From: Eledone cirrhosa
Taxonomy: Eukaryota
Length of the DNA: 64,000 bases
NCBI GenBank assembly: GCA_964016885.1
Contig: OZ024743.1
Span: forward strand, 66,154,001 to 66,218,000
Reading direction: 5' to 3'
Made by a program: the position numbers and the translations under genes. Below the pieces are notes generated by a model. The model was not told the DNA's origin. It made no database searches and worked only from the letters and a program-made list of their open reading frames with translations. Below, in pieces: positions 1 to 14,200 of this stretch (position 1 is the first letter of the stretch; each line of letters begins with the position of its first letter).

Positions 1-29
1 TTATGAATCAAACAATGTTAGAGCTACTG

Positions 30-131
<102 letters not shown>

Positions 132-429
132 AATTTTAGTACAGCATCAACGAAGCTTTTGGCTGCGGCCAAGCTAACGAATGCAGATTCGGAATGCAGC
201 TTAGCATTCGATGGAGAATATTACCCCAGAGTTATAACAATACGTTTAGACAGCTTTGCAAATCAAATATAGCGACCGACAGTCTGGCCGCATTGCCATA
301 GCAACGAGAAAAACTGAACTCAGGAAAAGATTTTGACTATATATATATATACATATATATTAACAGTAGCTCTAACATTGTTTGATTCATAATAGAGGCG
401 TGTATGAAAGCATATATATATATATATAT

Positions 430-3400
430 AAAAGAGAAAACAAGTAAGCATTAAGAGAAGGATTTTATCCAGGTATTTACGACCGTTTCATTGGTAAGTG
501 CAACCTTATATTGCTATACTGCAAATAGCAGCCACTCAATTAAAATTGTTGTTCACGTCCAAATTTTCAAAATAGTGAGTAAGTTACTCTTGAAGTAGTT
601 CTTAATATATAGAGAAAAACATTTTTTTGGAATTGTATTTACTAGTATAGAGAGAGAGGAATCAGAAGGTGAGGGGACAAACAGAATAGTATAGAGAGAG
701 ACGAAGGGGGAGAAGAGTTAGGAAGTAGAGTGACAAACTGAGATGGAGGGAGGGGTAGAGATGGAAGGATTCCTTGATCAGTTTTGATATGTAGACTTCA
801 TGTCGTCGAATGTAGTGAGTTAAAGAGAACTAAATTGATCATAGTGGGAGGGATGGAGAGAGAGAGAGAGAGGGGGAGGGAGATATAAAGAGATAATATA
901 TATATATAAAAAATAAAGATAAAGATAATAATGACGAAAATAAAAGCAAAGAAGGGGGGAGAAAGAAGAAAAGAAAAGATAGCTAAAAAGGGGAGGGAAG
1001 GAAGGAAGAAAACGAAAAAATAGAAGAGGAATGAAGGAGAAAGGAGGATATAGGTATTGGTTTTTGTGGGTAATTAGAAGGGCTTAGATACAATAAGAGG
1101 GTACAAAGTCTAAGCATATGCAGTTTGTCAGTTGGTAGTAAGAGGTTGAGGGTTCGATTTGCACTTGTAGTGCGAAAACTTTTCTTTGAGTCTATGGTTA
1201 CAATAAATTGATCTTTCGATTTTATTATTGAGTAACTAATTCTTCGAACTCAAAATGTGGAACAGCTCAAGGTCACATAATCGACAGCTTCTCATACCAC
1301 TCCGATATGGGGGCGCGTTCGATAATTTTTTCCACTTCAGGGTGTATTGATGGTTACTTTCCCTCAGTTGCCAGGTCTTGTTTGCAAGGGTAGTTACATA
1401 ACGATGCCGGGAATGTTTCATTGCTTAACGGTGTGTATTCCAACGGGCTTTAAATGAATTCCCAGTCGCTCCGTTTCTGGTTGTCTGATTCCACTGTGCA
1501 TTGGTAAACCAGGTTAGACTGCATACATTCATTATGTAATGGACAGGTTTCAGGTAGGTGGCAGTTACAATTCTTGTCATGGGCAACTTTGGCATTATTG
1601 GTGGGCTGCGATGCCTGTACAAGTGTGTTACATTTTGTTTGCCTATTAGTGGGTGGTTGTGTATTAGATATGCTGTTGTGTTCAATGGTGATTGTATTGT
1701 TATTGTTGTAAATTTGTGTTCTGGTGTTGTTATGTATCTTTTTAGCGTTAAGCATCTTAATGTGTGCCTCTATATTTGGTGCCGTGGAGTAAGATAGTCT
1801 AATAGATTTAGTGTTAAGGATTTTGCTGTATCTATGTGAATCTGGAAAGTGCTTATTTATTATTCTAAAGAAGGTAGAGGGTAGGTTAGTACTAATAGAG
1901 GTGTTAAATGTGGGGTTATACCAAATATATTTTCTACTGCGTGACTTGTTTGATTCCGATATTGTATTTCTATTTACCGTATACTTTGTAGTTCTATGCG
2001 TAAGTGCGTGTGTGCGTGTGTTTCTGGAGTTTGTGTTATGCGTGTTCGTGTGCGCTTTGCGGAGGCTTTCATCTATATATTCTACTCTATCTAAGTGGCC
2101 TGCCTTGTCTAATGCGGTATTGTAGTATTCTGCATGTTCCTCGAAGATTTGTCGGTTAGATGAGAGGCGGGCGATCCTAAGGGATATGCTGCGTGGAATG
2201 GATTTAATTATGGATAGTGGGTGGTTTGAGTTACAGTTGATGTATGCTAAGTTTTCATTAATCTTGTGAAAAGGTCTTATAAGTCCCGTATTTAGGTTAA
2301 GCGTCGCGTCTAGAAAGTTAACTGTTTTAGTGCTATACTCATACGTTATGCTAATGCCTAGTTTCCCGAGAGTCTTTCTAATATTCTTACGGAGTCTTTC
2401 TCTGCTCTGGTTATTTAGGTTCTTAACTAGGAGAAGGGCGTCGTCTCTGTAGATTCCACCGTGAAGGTCGCTAAACTCACTCTGTAAACTATGGGCTATG
2501 TAAATACCTACTAAATCTGTGACTTGAGCCGAGTCGTTAGCCCCCATCGTCATGTCAAAGTTATTTAATCTATCCTTACGTTCCCAATAGGCGTTTTCAA
2601 ATTTAATTATTGTTTTCCTAGCAGCTAATATGATTTTTATCTCGTCGTCTGTTAGGTCAGAATTGGCTTTGGCGAATGCTAAGGCTTTATCCAAGGTGTT
2701 GGGGGATATAGAGGAGTAATAGTCGTTAATGTCAAATTGTATAAATTTAGATACTTTTTTGTTAGCTATATTGTTAAACCACTTAATTGTTTCGGTAGCG
2801 TTACCCCATAGTTTAATCACTAGTTTATTCTTCATTTGTGCTATCACTTTGTCTAATATATGTTTACTAATTTTCCCGATGTCCGATTTGGACGGGCATA
2901 TAAGTCTAATTGTGGGGTTATAATCAAAATTTACCTTGTGGTCCTTGAGATTAAATGTGGGGATACCTGGCCTAAGTGGCTCCGTTCTGTCGTCTATTCC
3001 TAGGTGTTTGACTATATTGTGTGCCTCGTTGTTGATGTTTATCAGTGCCGCCTCATTAGTTTTTTTGTATTTCCTATGTAATTCTTTCCGTATGAAGCTA
3101 TTGTATGTATTAACATCCATCGTATACACATTTGAGGTTTTGTCCACTTTGACAATAATTCCATTGGTAGTTCGCAGAAAATTTGGACGGGAACAACAAT
3201 TATAATTGAGTGGCTGCTATTTGCAGTATAGCAATATAAGGTTGCACTTACCAATGAAACGGTCGTAAATACCTGGATAAAATCCTTCTCTTAATGCTTA
3301 CCTGTGTTTTCTCTTTTATACTTTATACTCCAAGATTGAAGGGAATTCTTACAAACTTGTGGAGTTACCCCTAACCGTACGTTGAAACCGTCCATGAAAC

Positions 3401-3449
3401 TGGCTTTCTTAACCACGAACTGGATCACAATAAGCAATTGTTTGCTTCC

Positions 3450-3455
<6 letters not shown>
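430..3455 (-). mobile_element. Penelope-like element insertion with inverted pLTR copy at its 5' end, flanked by (TA)n
   Basis: 431-568 is repeated in inverted orientation at 3177-3320, followed by a unique tail to ~3455. Both ends abut (TA)n. Confidence 0.9.
1236..3170 (-). pseudogene. 5'-truncated, frameshifted Penelope-like element ORF (RT + GIY-YIG, Hydra-clade-like)
   Basis: ORF 1450..3147 has RT motifs FIQFDINDYYSSI, MGANDSAQVTDLVG, GGIYRDD, VNFLDATL, then WYNP, CNCHLPETCPLHNEC and NLVYQC. After frameshifts it continues GATGNSFKARWNTH and CRLCDLE (ORFs 1425..1685, 1236..1421). Confidence 0.93.
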
Positions 3456-3533
<78 letters not shown>

Positions 3534-3646
3534 ATGTATATTAGTTTGTAACATAAATTCCCGCCGTTTTTTAAAACAAACAAATTATAACAACGGCGGG
3601 AATGTATGTTACAACCCAATATATATATATATATACACACGTATAT

Positions 3647-3649
<3 letters not shown>

Positions 3650-3717
<68 letters not shown>

Positions 3718-4207
3718 GTTGGAGATAGACAACTGGATACGAATAAATAATGAGAAAATAAAATAGAAAGCAATTCATAGATGGATAGAGAGATAAATAG
3801 ATAGATAGATAGATAGATAGATATATAGATAGATAAATAGATAGAGAGAGCCAGAGAATGTGTGTGTATCTGTGAGAGAGAGAGGGGGGGGGGCGAGATA
3901 GAGGGACGAGACAGAGAGCTGAGAGAGAGGAAGACGTGCGAGATGTAGAGACGAGAGAGAGAGAGATACGAGAGAGAGAAGAACGAGAGGGGGGCGAGAT
4001 AGAGAGAGAGACGAAAAAGAGATGAACGAGAGAGAAGGGGGCGAGATAGAGAGAGAGAGAGACGAAAGAGAGAAGAACGTGAGAGGGAGAGGGGGAGAGA
4101 TAGAGAGACGAAAGAGAGATGAACGAGAGAGAGGGGGACCAGATAGAGAGACGAGAGAGAGAGAGAGAGACGAAAGTGAGAAGAACGAGAGATAGGGGGC
4201 GAGATAG

Positions 4208-4296
<89 letters not shown>

Positions 4297-4520
4297 GAGA
4301 GAGAGAGAGAGACGAGAGAGAGAGAGACGAAAGAGAGAAGAACGAGAGAGAGAGAAAGAGAGGGATGAGAGAGAGGGACGAGAGGGATTGAGAGAGGGGG
4401 GGGGGGCGAGAGAAAACGACGGGGAAGAGGGGCCCATAGAGAGAGAGAGGAAATCGAGAGAGATTGGGTGACTGTGTGTGATAAAAAAATAAAGAGAGAG
4501 AGAGAGAGAGACTAGAGGTA
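3650..4520. repeat. (GA)n/(GATA)n low-complexity tract
   Basis: Directly visible simple repeats. Confidence 0.95.
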
Positions 4521-4734
4521 GAGAAAGAGTGGATAGAGAGGACTGCAAATGGTTGTAGATAAAAAGTTCAAATGCTATTGAATGCGTAGGTAGATAATTC
4601 CACTGAGGCCAACTAAAGATCTTGCTTGACAAACAGTCATGACATTTATACTAATAACTGGTGTTCATCTTGCAGGGACGAACACATTCTGTTTAGCTAA
4701 ATTTTCCTCGCCTGCTCTAAATTATATGTTTGTA

Positions 4735-5197
4735 TACATTTTTATGTATATATGTATCTACGTGTGTTTGTTTGCATGTATGTATATATGTGTGTGAGTA
4801 TATATGTATGTATCTATGTGAGTATGTATGCATGTATGTATGTATTTGAGTATGCATGTATGTATGTATGTGTATATGTATGTGTGTTTGTATGTAAGCA
4901 TGTATGCATGTATATATGTATGTATGCATGCATGTACGTATGTATGTATGTATGTATGTATGTATGTATGTATGTATGTATGTATGTATGTATGCATGCA
5001 TGTACGTATGTATGTATGTATGTATGTATGCATGCATGTATGTATGTATTATGATTGTTATGTTAGCATGCATGTATATATATGTGAGTTTGTATAATAT
5101 ATGTATATATATATATTATGTATAATATATGTATATATATATATATTAATAATATATGTATATATAGTTATATGGATAGAAACATATATGCACACAG

Positions 5198-5255
<58 letters not shown>

Positions 5256-5282
5256 CTGTGTGCATATATGTTTCTATCCATA

Positions 5283-5341
<59 letters not shown>

Positions 5342-5363
5342 GCAAGTAAGACCCCTCTTATAT

Positions 5364-5394
<31 letters not shown>

Positions 5395-5432
5395 CATACA
5401 TATATACATACATACATATATACATACATACA

Positions 5433-5468
<36 letters not shown>

Positions 5469-5470
5469 TA
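4735..5470. repeat. (TATG)n/(TA)n/(CATA)n microsatellites
   Basis: Directly visible simple repeats. Confidence 0.95.
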
Positions 5471-5658
5471 ACAAAGGAATTGTGATAAGGAACCAGATGG
5501 ACCATAACGCACCAGAGTACTCAATACTTAGCGTAGTAGAGTGGGAAATAGAAAAAAGTATGACCCTGACGGCAGAGCTGAAGCCGTTTCGACGGCTATT
5601 TCTGAAATAGCCGTCGAAACTGCTTGAGCTCTGCCGTTGGGCTCATACTTTTTCCTAT
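5471..5658. mobile_element. Short fold-back remnant of a PLE pLTR-like family (also at 25958-26104, 26313-26515, 61300-61378)
   Basis: Palindrome 5548-5658 plus a one-sided tail. The tail sequence (aaggaaccagatggaccataacgcacc) recurs at three other sites next to (TA)n. Confidence 0.7.
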
Positions 5659-5757
5659 ATATATACATGTTCCTATAACCATGCCCATTCCGAGCTGAGT
5701 ATCCGCTAAGGTGAAACAATCGTTCTCGGTATGGTGAACTAACTGTTGTGTAACCAC

Positions 5758-5821
<64 letters not shown>

Positions 5822-6990
5822 ATACACACACATGTATATGTATGTATATATGCATATATCCCAACTCTGACTCATAACATTCTATTTGGCAGAAGTCGCA
5901 CAGCTCGTTGCAATGGAACTCAGCTTGACGAAGACAGAAGTTCTCCCCTAGCTCACCCCTCAGTAAAAACTACAACCCTACCTGCAACACTATCACTGAG
6001 AGAGAGGGCGAATCAGTAAGCCGCTTTAGCTACCTGGGGTTGACAAAAGACTGACATACACAAACAGCACACTCGGCAGGATAAAATTATAATTATCTAA
6101 CAATACATGCATCTAAGATAAAGTACCAAATACCAGAAAGATAAATGTGTAAAAAGAGACTTTACTGATAAAACTTACAAATAAATCATAGTCATCGGTT
6201 GTATACATGGTCTCATAACAACAGAGGGCGCCGTAGGGGCGCCGTATTGATATTGGCATTTCTAGGGCATTGTAAAACCTGATGGATCCCAATCCTCTCC
6301 AGGTCAGAATACAGCAGATTTTTTCCAGAAAAGGATAGAGAGGGTGAGAGAATGGAAGTGACAAAGAGATATAGAGGAAAAATCAACCTCAGTACTTGAC
6401 TGGTACTTTGTTTATCGACTTCGAATGGATGAAAGCTAAAGTTGACTTCGGAATCATCGATTACTTATACTCAATACCTACGCACTATGATCGCTTCCAC
6501 CAGCCCTGCACCCATTTCATATTCCACATTTAATGGAATACCTTCGTTACTAAAAGCGGATATTAACCAGCAAATGAGACGATGGTGTTTATGGTGCAGC
6601 TGTATTGGATATGTTTCTATCATGATGAATGGTCAGTACCTGCTTCATATTGTGTTATACGTGACAAAAGTCACCTAGAGTATGGCCGTCTGCTACATTG
6701 ATAAGCGCCACGGTTTATTACAGTTACTGATTGTGAATTCTAGCGACACACTATCAATAATCTGTCACCTCCTTCAAGGATGTAGTCAGGGCTGCTTTTG
6801 AGAACTTGAGGCAAAAAAAAAAAAAAAAGTAAGACAAAATAGTAAAAGGGTCGTCGCACAACAGCTACGAATCTGGAAAATAAGTACCCTTGCAGCCACC
6901 TGGGCAGGGCTTGATAATGTTTTATTGGCCACGTAGTGACCAACAAATCAATGTTGTCATACACCCGAGGATGGTTTACAAACAGATTCT

Positions 6991-7025
<35 letters not shown>

Positions 7026-7058
7026 CACATATATATATATGTATATATACATATATAG

Positions 7059-7128
<70 letters not shown>

Positions 7129-7154
7129 TGTATCTCTCTATCTCTCTCTCTTTC

Positions 7155-7249
<95 letters not shown>

Positions 7250-7411
7250 CTATATATATAGGTATATATATGACAATTAAAAATAGATGTAACAAGTAAA
7301 CAACTACCCGGTTATTCAACTAACTAATGAATGCATTACTAAACTAATAATAAACTGAAGTGATGCATCAACTAGTCATGTATTTTTATTGGCAGCAGGA
7401 TCCTACTAATG

Positions 7412-10400
7412 TATAATAATAATAATAATAATGATTTCATTTATTGGCCACAAGAGCCGACATATAGGGGACAAAAGACTGGGACAGTGAGGTTTTACAG
7501 AAAAATCGAGTAAACAATATGAATCACAATAACAAAGTAACAATAAAATTACAAGAAAAAATTCCCCAATAGGGGGGATGACCACCCAGGGTTCGCTCAG
7601 GTACCCCACCAATCCGGAACGACCTGACGCTTCGAGAGCACCCTGGAAAGGCACCCCCTCTCCTCCTCAAATTTACCTACCTACAGCCGCATGAAAAGAG
7701 TAGGCCCACTCACACGGGCCATTCTCGCCACATTCACCCACCTTTCAGCAAATGTACTGGGGAGCAGCACTTCTCTCTCCACCCTCACCTTCCTTTCCAA
7801 GTGAAACTTGAAAAAGTTGATGAGGGATTGGCCGAAGAGAAAAGTGTCTGTCTTCAGTCATTTCAACCTCGTCCACCATACAACCTCTTTCGCTACTGCC
7901 ACCAGACAGAGGAAAATTGCCTGGCCTTCTTGGCCAAAAGAAGGCGGCGGGTCGATCTTCACTATGGGCTCGGTCGATAGCCGGATCCGTTCTACACGCG
8001 ACAACAGCTGTTCAACATAACTCCATAAGTCAGTAATGCACGGACACTGGACGAGTGCGTGCAGAACGGTTTCGTCGCTCTGCGCGCATCTCGGGCAGGT
8101 CCGTCTGACAGCACTTCCGTGCCTGTAGAGTTTATCCATCGTCCCCGGCTCGAAAGTCCTCCGGTACAGACTGGTTAGTTCGACTTCGTTGACTCCTAGA
8201 GCCTCTCCGAGTGCGTCGTCGCACTCTCCCACCACTAATCCTCTATAGAACTCGAGAGTGGAAGTTCCACTGACCGCATTGCCCGCCTGGTAGAGGGAAG
8301 TGAATGCCTGGCAACATTGCAGATGCTAGTCACCCAGTCTCGGTCTCTTCTTGACCCAGGACTGCAGCTCAGTCAACGAAACGAGCTGCGGAAAGGCTCG
8401 TCTGACAAACGGCGACTACACCTGTTCACCGTTTAGGCAGAATATCTGGAGATGCCTCAGCCTCAGCGCGTGCCTGCGCATCATTAGCCACGCATGCCCA
8501 GCCCTCCACGTAGAGGGTACTGGCAGCAGATGGACCGCCTCACCAGCGGAACTGGCAGCAGATGGACCGCCTCACTCCTCCACAAGAATTTGAAGAGGAG
8601 CCACTCCAAGATGGCGAGGCGCGAACGGGGGCAAGGGACGACGGTCAGACAGTAGTAGATGACGGACGCGATGTACGCATTCGCCACCTCCGCCCGACCT
8701 TTCAGTGATAGCTTCATCCCAGCCCATTTCTGGGTGAGACTGGCTTCCCTGCCCGTCACCTCCTCCCAATTCTTATCAAACCCCTAGCAACTTTACCGGT
8801 CCGTCCGTCCAGCGCCTAACGACGCTGTTGGACGGCATGGACTTGCCTCTCCAGGTGCCGATTTGCAAGCCCACCGACTTTTCCCGGTTAAGTTTTGCTC
8901 TCGTCAACCTTTCATATTCCTCCAATAAGTTGCCGACCACCTCGATTTCTGATGTGTCCGACACCATCACGGTGATGTCCTCCGCAGAAGCCGACACAGC
9001 CTTTACGCGTCTCGGTTCGAGCGGGATGCCCTGCAACAGCTCCAGCTTCCGCAGTAAAGGCTCGCGAGTCAATGCGTACAGAAGGGAGGAGAGAGGGCAC
9101 CCTTGACGGACCGATCGGGAGACCTGAAACGGTTCCGAGAGGTGGCCATTAATTTTGACCAACGAACAGGTGCCGCTGTGCATTTTCAGCGATCCAGCTT
9201 CTGAAGACGGGACCGAAGGCAGCCGCCTTGAGGACAGCCTTCAGGTATCGAATGCTTTCGATTGTTCTAAATTGATCAGAGCTCCACCGAAGCCAGGTTT
9301 ACACCCTACCCTCTCTATGATGTATTACATTAGGTGGAGGTTGTCGTGTATGGACCTGGTCGGGATTGCGCAAGTTTGCGCCTCCCCAACCAAATCCCGA
9401 CGACAAGCGCCAACTTCTTCGCTAACACCCTGGCCAAAATATTAAACTCTGTGTTGAGCAGAGTTATTGGCCTGAAATTGTCTATTGTGTCCCCCTTGTT
9501 CTCGTCTTTCCTTATCAGCGTCACTACGCGCCGGCTCACAGAACTGGGAATACTCCCGTTTTGCTGCCAGTTGCAGTAGAAGGCTTCGAGGAGATTGGCG
9601 AACAAGTCTGGCATATTTACGTAAAGCTCGTAGGGCAGACCATCCAAACCGGGTGACTTGCGCCCCATGCAGCCGACAAGGGCATCCTGAATCTCGGCTG
9701 AAGTAATTGGCCTTTCGCAGTGCCCGTCGTCAGCTGTCGAGAGTTGCGGCAAGCCATCGAGGTAGGGACTGAAGTCCGCCACCGTCTCTGACCCGCTACT
9801 TCCCCCGAACAACCGAGCAAAATGTTGGCGAAGGGCCTCACACATCCGCTTGGAATCGCTGAGCTCGTGTTCGTCTCGGCCCATCAAAGACCGAATCGTG
9901 GTTTTATTACCACGCTGCGCCTCTGCCACGCGGGCCCATCGAACAGCTTTGGTTCCCTCGTTTCTCAGATCACGCACCTTAGCTCTGACAATGCAACCTT
10001 CGTGTTTCGCATTGAAGAAATGGTCTAATGCCATTCTCGCCGCTAACTTATCTACCAACTCCCCCTCCTTTCTATTTTTCTCTAACGCTACTTCTTTGCT
10101 AAACTCTATCGACATTACTCTAATCTCTCTTTTGAGAGACCCCCACCATCTATTCTTGATGACTCCCCTTGTCAACTTTTTCTTAACTAAATTGTTCAAC
10201 TGGTCCCTGTAAGCCTTACGTGCCGGAAATGACATGTTTAGCTTCTAGTAACCAGGTCCTAACCTACGCGTCTTATCTAGGTCGACCATACAGATCACAA
10301 ACTTGTGATCTGAATAGGCGACCGTTTCAAAACGTGGACAGCTTACACTATTTCTGTCTATTTTCCTAATGAATATCCTGTCTATATACGATCTAGATGA

Positions 10401-11160
10401 CCCTCTGCGGTTAGTCCAGGTCCACACTGGCGCATTAGGGAAATCTAGTCGGTACCTGTCAGACAGTTGGAACTGGCTGATCAGGTTCTTGAGGCTTTTG
10501 CACCCCCGCTCCTATCGGATACTCCCACACAGTCCCAGCGCGCGTCTAAGATGCCGTTCCAGTCCCCCGCTAACAGTAAAGGGCGAGACGTACCCAGAAA
10601 GGCTTCCAGGCGTCTAAAGAAGTCCGGCCGTCCTTTCCCAGTAGGGGCATAGACGGCCCCCAGTCTAAAGGCACCACCTTCGTTATTGTTCACGTCCAGG
10701 ACCACCAACTTCCCGTCCGGGTCCCGGAAGATCGATCTTACCTCGAGATCCAGGCCTTTCCTAAACAGTACTGCCACCCCGCCTCCCGTTCCCGGCCGGC
10801 TAACAGATGCAAAGATCTGATAGTCGTCGAAAATGGGGGCTAGTGTGCGCGTGTCGGAAATCCTGGTCTCGCTGACGGCAATTACATCCATTTCTAGAGA
10901 CATGAGGTCGTTGAGCAGGTAACCCTGCTTCCAGGACGATCCCAGGCCTCGAACATTTAAACTTCCTACTCTTAATACGGCCATGCTGGCAGGTTAAAAT
11001 GAGAGAGAGGAAAGGTTTACTTACCTTTCGGGCTCTGGTGAAGGTCTGGTGGTTCGAATTCCATAGTTGGTGGTGTTTCTTTTGGGAACCCCTTTAAAAG
11101 TCTTGAAGTAGGTTTTACGTTCTGAGGAAAGCTGTCTCGTATCTCTTTGTATAAATCGAG
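7412..11160 (-). mobile_element. Decayed L1/Tx1-clade LINE, 5'-truncated within the end of ORF1
   Basis: APE (MAVLRVGSLNVRGLG, GDWNG, SYIDRIF, YSDH), RT (KSPGLDGLP, NFRPITLLN, VRQGCPLS), C-terminal CPRC..ETVLHAL.QC knuckle, AATAAA and (TTA)n tail. Many frameshifts. Confidence 0.93.
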
Positions 11161-11254
11161 CGACATTCGCACCAGAAACAAATCTTCCGGCACGCGAAAT
11201 GTGCTCGATTTAAAAATTTCATGTGGGTTTTGTGCGTGTTCAGATTTTTATCAT

Positions 11255-14200
11255 TTATATAAGAAACGAAAAAGAAAAAAGACATAGAAATTTATATATA
11301 CATAAATATATATATATAAACAATAAAAATGAAAATTGAAACAATGAACAAATCCCCAATAGCGGGGAAACCTCCGAGGGATACTCGTGGCGAAAACCAC
11401 ATAAAACACCACCCTGACCACCAGGGCAAGCGCCCTCTCTCAATTTTTTTCCCATTCCTCAAACTACAAGCGTATATTCAGAGCGGTCCCGTTCACTCGG
11501 ACCATTCTCGCTACATTCACCCACCTTTCAACAAGCATGCTAGAAGACAGCACTTGCCTCTCCACCCTGATTTTCCTCTTCAAGTGAAACTTGAAAAAGT
11601 TAATCAGGGATTGGCCGGAGAGGAAAGTGTCCGTCTTCAACCCTTTCAATCTTATCCACCACACAATCTCTTTCGCCATGTCCACCAGACAGATGAAAAC
11701 TGCCTGCCCTTCCTCCTCTTTAGAGGAGGATGGCGGGGCTATCTGCACAATGGACTCAGTCGATAACCGGATCCGTCCTACACGCGACAGCAGCTGTTCG
11801 ACATAGATCCATAAGTCAGCAATCCTCGGGCACTGAAAGACATCGTGCAGGACGGTTTCGTCCCCCTGCGCGGATCTCGGACAGGCTCGGCTGACAGCAC
11901 CTTCGTGCCTGTAGAGCTTATCCCGAACCAGCAACGCTCCCCGGTAGTACTCCCAGGCCAGGGATTTCTGGAAGTTGTCCATAGGCCCCGGTCTGAAAGT
12001 TCTCTTGAAGAGAGCGAACAGTTGATCGTCTTCGACGCCCAGGGTCTCACTGAGAACATCGTCGCTCTTTCCCTCCACTAGCCCTCTATAGAACGCCGAG
12101 GTGGGTGTTCCACCGATACATCGCTCAGCTGATAGAGGGCGGTGAGCGCTTGGAGACATTCCAGCTTCCAAGCGCTCTCCCTCGGTCTTTTCCTGATCCA
12201 GGACTGCAGCTCAGTCGAGGAGACGAGCTGGGGGAAAAGCGCGTCTGGCAAACGGCGACCACACCTGTTCACCGTCAAGGAAGCACCAGAGATGTCGCAG
12301 CCCCAGCGCATGTTTGTGCATCATCAGCCACGGTATGCTTAGTCGTCCACGCAACGGGTGTTGACAGCAAATGGATCGTCTGACCAAGGGAGCACGTCCC
12401 TTCCACAAAAAGCGGAAGAGAAGGTGCTCTATTTTAGTCAGAGTTGGGCGGGGGCAAGGTACGACGTCAGGCGGTAGCAGATGACGGACGCTACCTACGC
12501 ATTCGCCACATACGCCCGACCTTTCAGAGACAGCCTCCTCTCGGCCCATTTCTGTGTGAGAGATCCACCCTGCTCGTCACCTCGCTCCAGGTTTTCTCCA
12601 TCTGGAGGTCCGGACCGAACCAGACCCCGAGCAATTTAACCGGTCCTTCCGTCCAGCGCCCCACGACGCTGTCAGACGGCATGCTCTTGCCTCTCCAGGT
12701 GCCGAGTTGCAAGACCACCGACTTTTCCTGGTTTATCTTTGCTCCTGTCACCGCTTCGTATTCCTTGAGTGCGGTGTCGAGCATCTGGACGTGTTTGGTG
12801 CTGGACACCACCACCGTGTCGTCGTCGTCGGCGTAAGCTGACACGGATCTCCCGCATCCCAGTTCGCGTTGGAGCCCCCCTCATCGTCTCCAATTTGTGT
12901 AGTAACGGTTCTAGGGCCAGTACGTACAAGAGGGACGAGAGGGGGCAACCCTGGCGGTCCCAGCGCATGATGCTGAAAGGCTGCGACAGGTGACCATTCA
13001 TCCCCACAATCGAGCAGATGTCGCTGTGCATCGCAGCGATCCAGCCCCCAAAATGGGCCCAAAACCGGTCGCTTCGAGGACTGCAGAGAGGTACCGATGG
13101 TCGACCCTATCAAATGCTTTAGATTGATCCAAGTTGATCAGGGCCCCACCCGTGCCAGGTTCCTTAACCACCCTCTCTATGATGTATCACATGAGATGGA
13201 GGTTGTCGTGGATGGATCTGTCCTGGATGGCGCATGTCTGCGCCTCTCCCACCAGATCACCGACGACAAGCGCCAATCTCTTCGCTAACACCTGCGCCAA
13301 AATCTTTTGCAGAGTTATGGGTCTGAAGTTGTCTATAACGTCCTCCTTGTTCGGATCCTTTCTCAGCAGCGCCACCGCTCCCCGGCTCACAAAGCTGGGA
13401 ATGCTCCCGTTCTGCTGTCAGTTGCAGTAGACATCTGCCAAGAGGTCGCCGAACAAGTCTGGCATATACGCATAACGCTCGTAGGGCAGACCATCCAAAT
13501 CTGGCGATTTAACCCCTCGTGCAGTCAGACATCGCGCCCCGTATTTCACTTGCTGATATCGGCTTTTCGCAGTACTGCACTGCGCTCGTCGAGAGCCGCG
13601 GCAGTCCGTCGAGGTATGCACCGAAGTCCATACTCCGATCCGCCCGCCGCCGCTTTCGAACAATTGAGCAAAGTGCTGTTGAAAAGCCGCACACATCTGC
13701 TTGATTTAGCTACATGCGCCCGTTTTGATCAGGCAAAGACCGAAATGTGGACTTGTTGCGACGTCGCGCCTCCACCACTCGGGCCCATTGAACGGCTTTC
13801 GTCCCCTCGTGTCTTAGAGCACGCGCTCTAGCTCTGACAACGCAGCCTTCAAGCTTTGCCTTGAAGAATTGGTCGAGTGCCAATCTCGCTGCAAGCACGT
13901 CGGTTGCGATGCCTGTACTAAACGCCTCTTCAAACTTTCTAACTAACTCTCCCTCTACTCTATTTTCCTCTATCACTACTCCTTTGCTAAACCTTATCGA
14001 TTCTACTCTAATCGCTCTTTTCAGGGTAAACCACCACCTGTTGTTGACGATCGCACCCGTCAACGCACGCTTAACTAATTCGCTAATCCGGTCTATGTAA
14101 CCTTTGCGCACCGGGAACGACGCGTTCAGCTTCTAGTAGCCGGGCCCTTGCCTATGGAGTCTATCTAAGTCAACTTCACAGATCACAAATTTGTGGTCCG

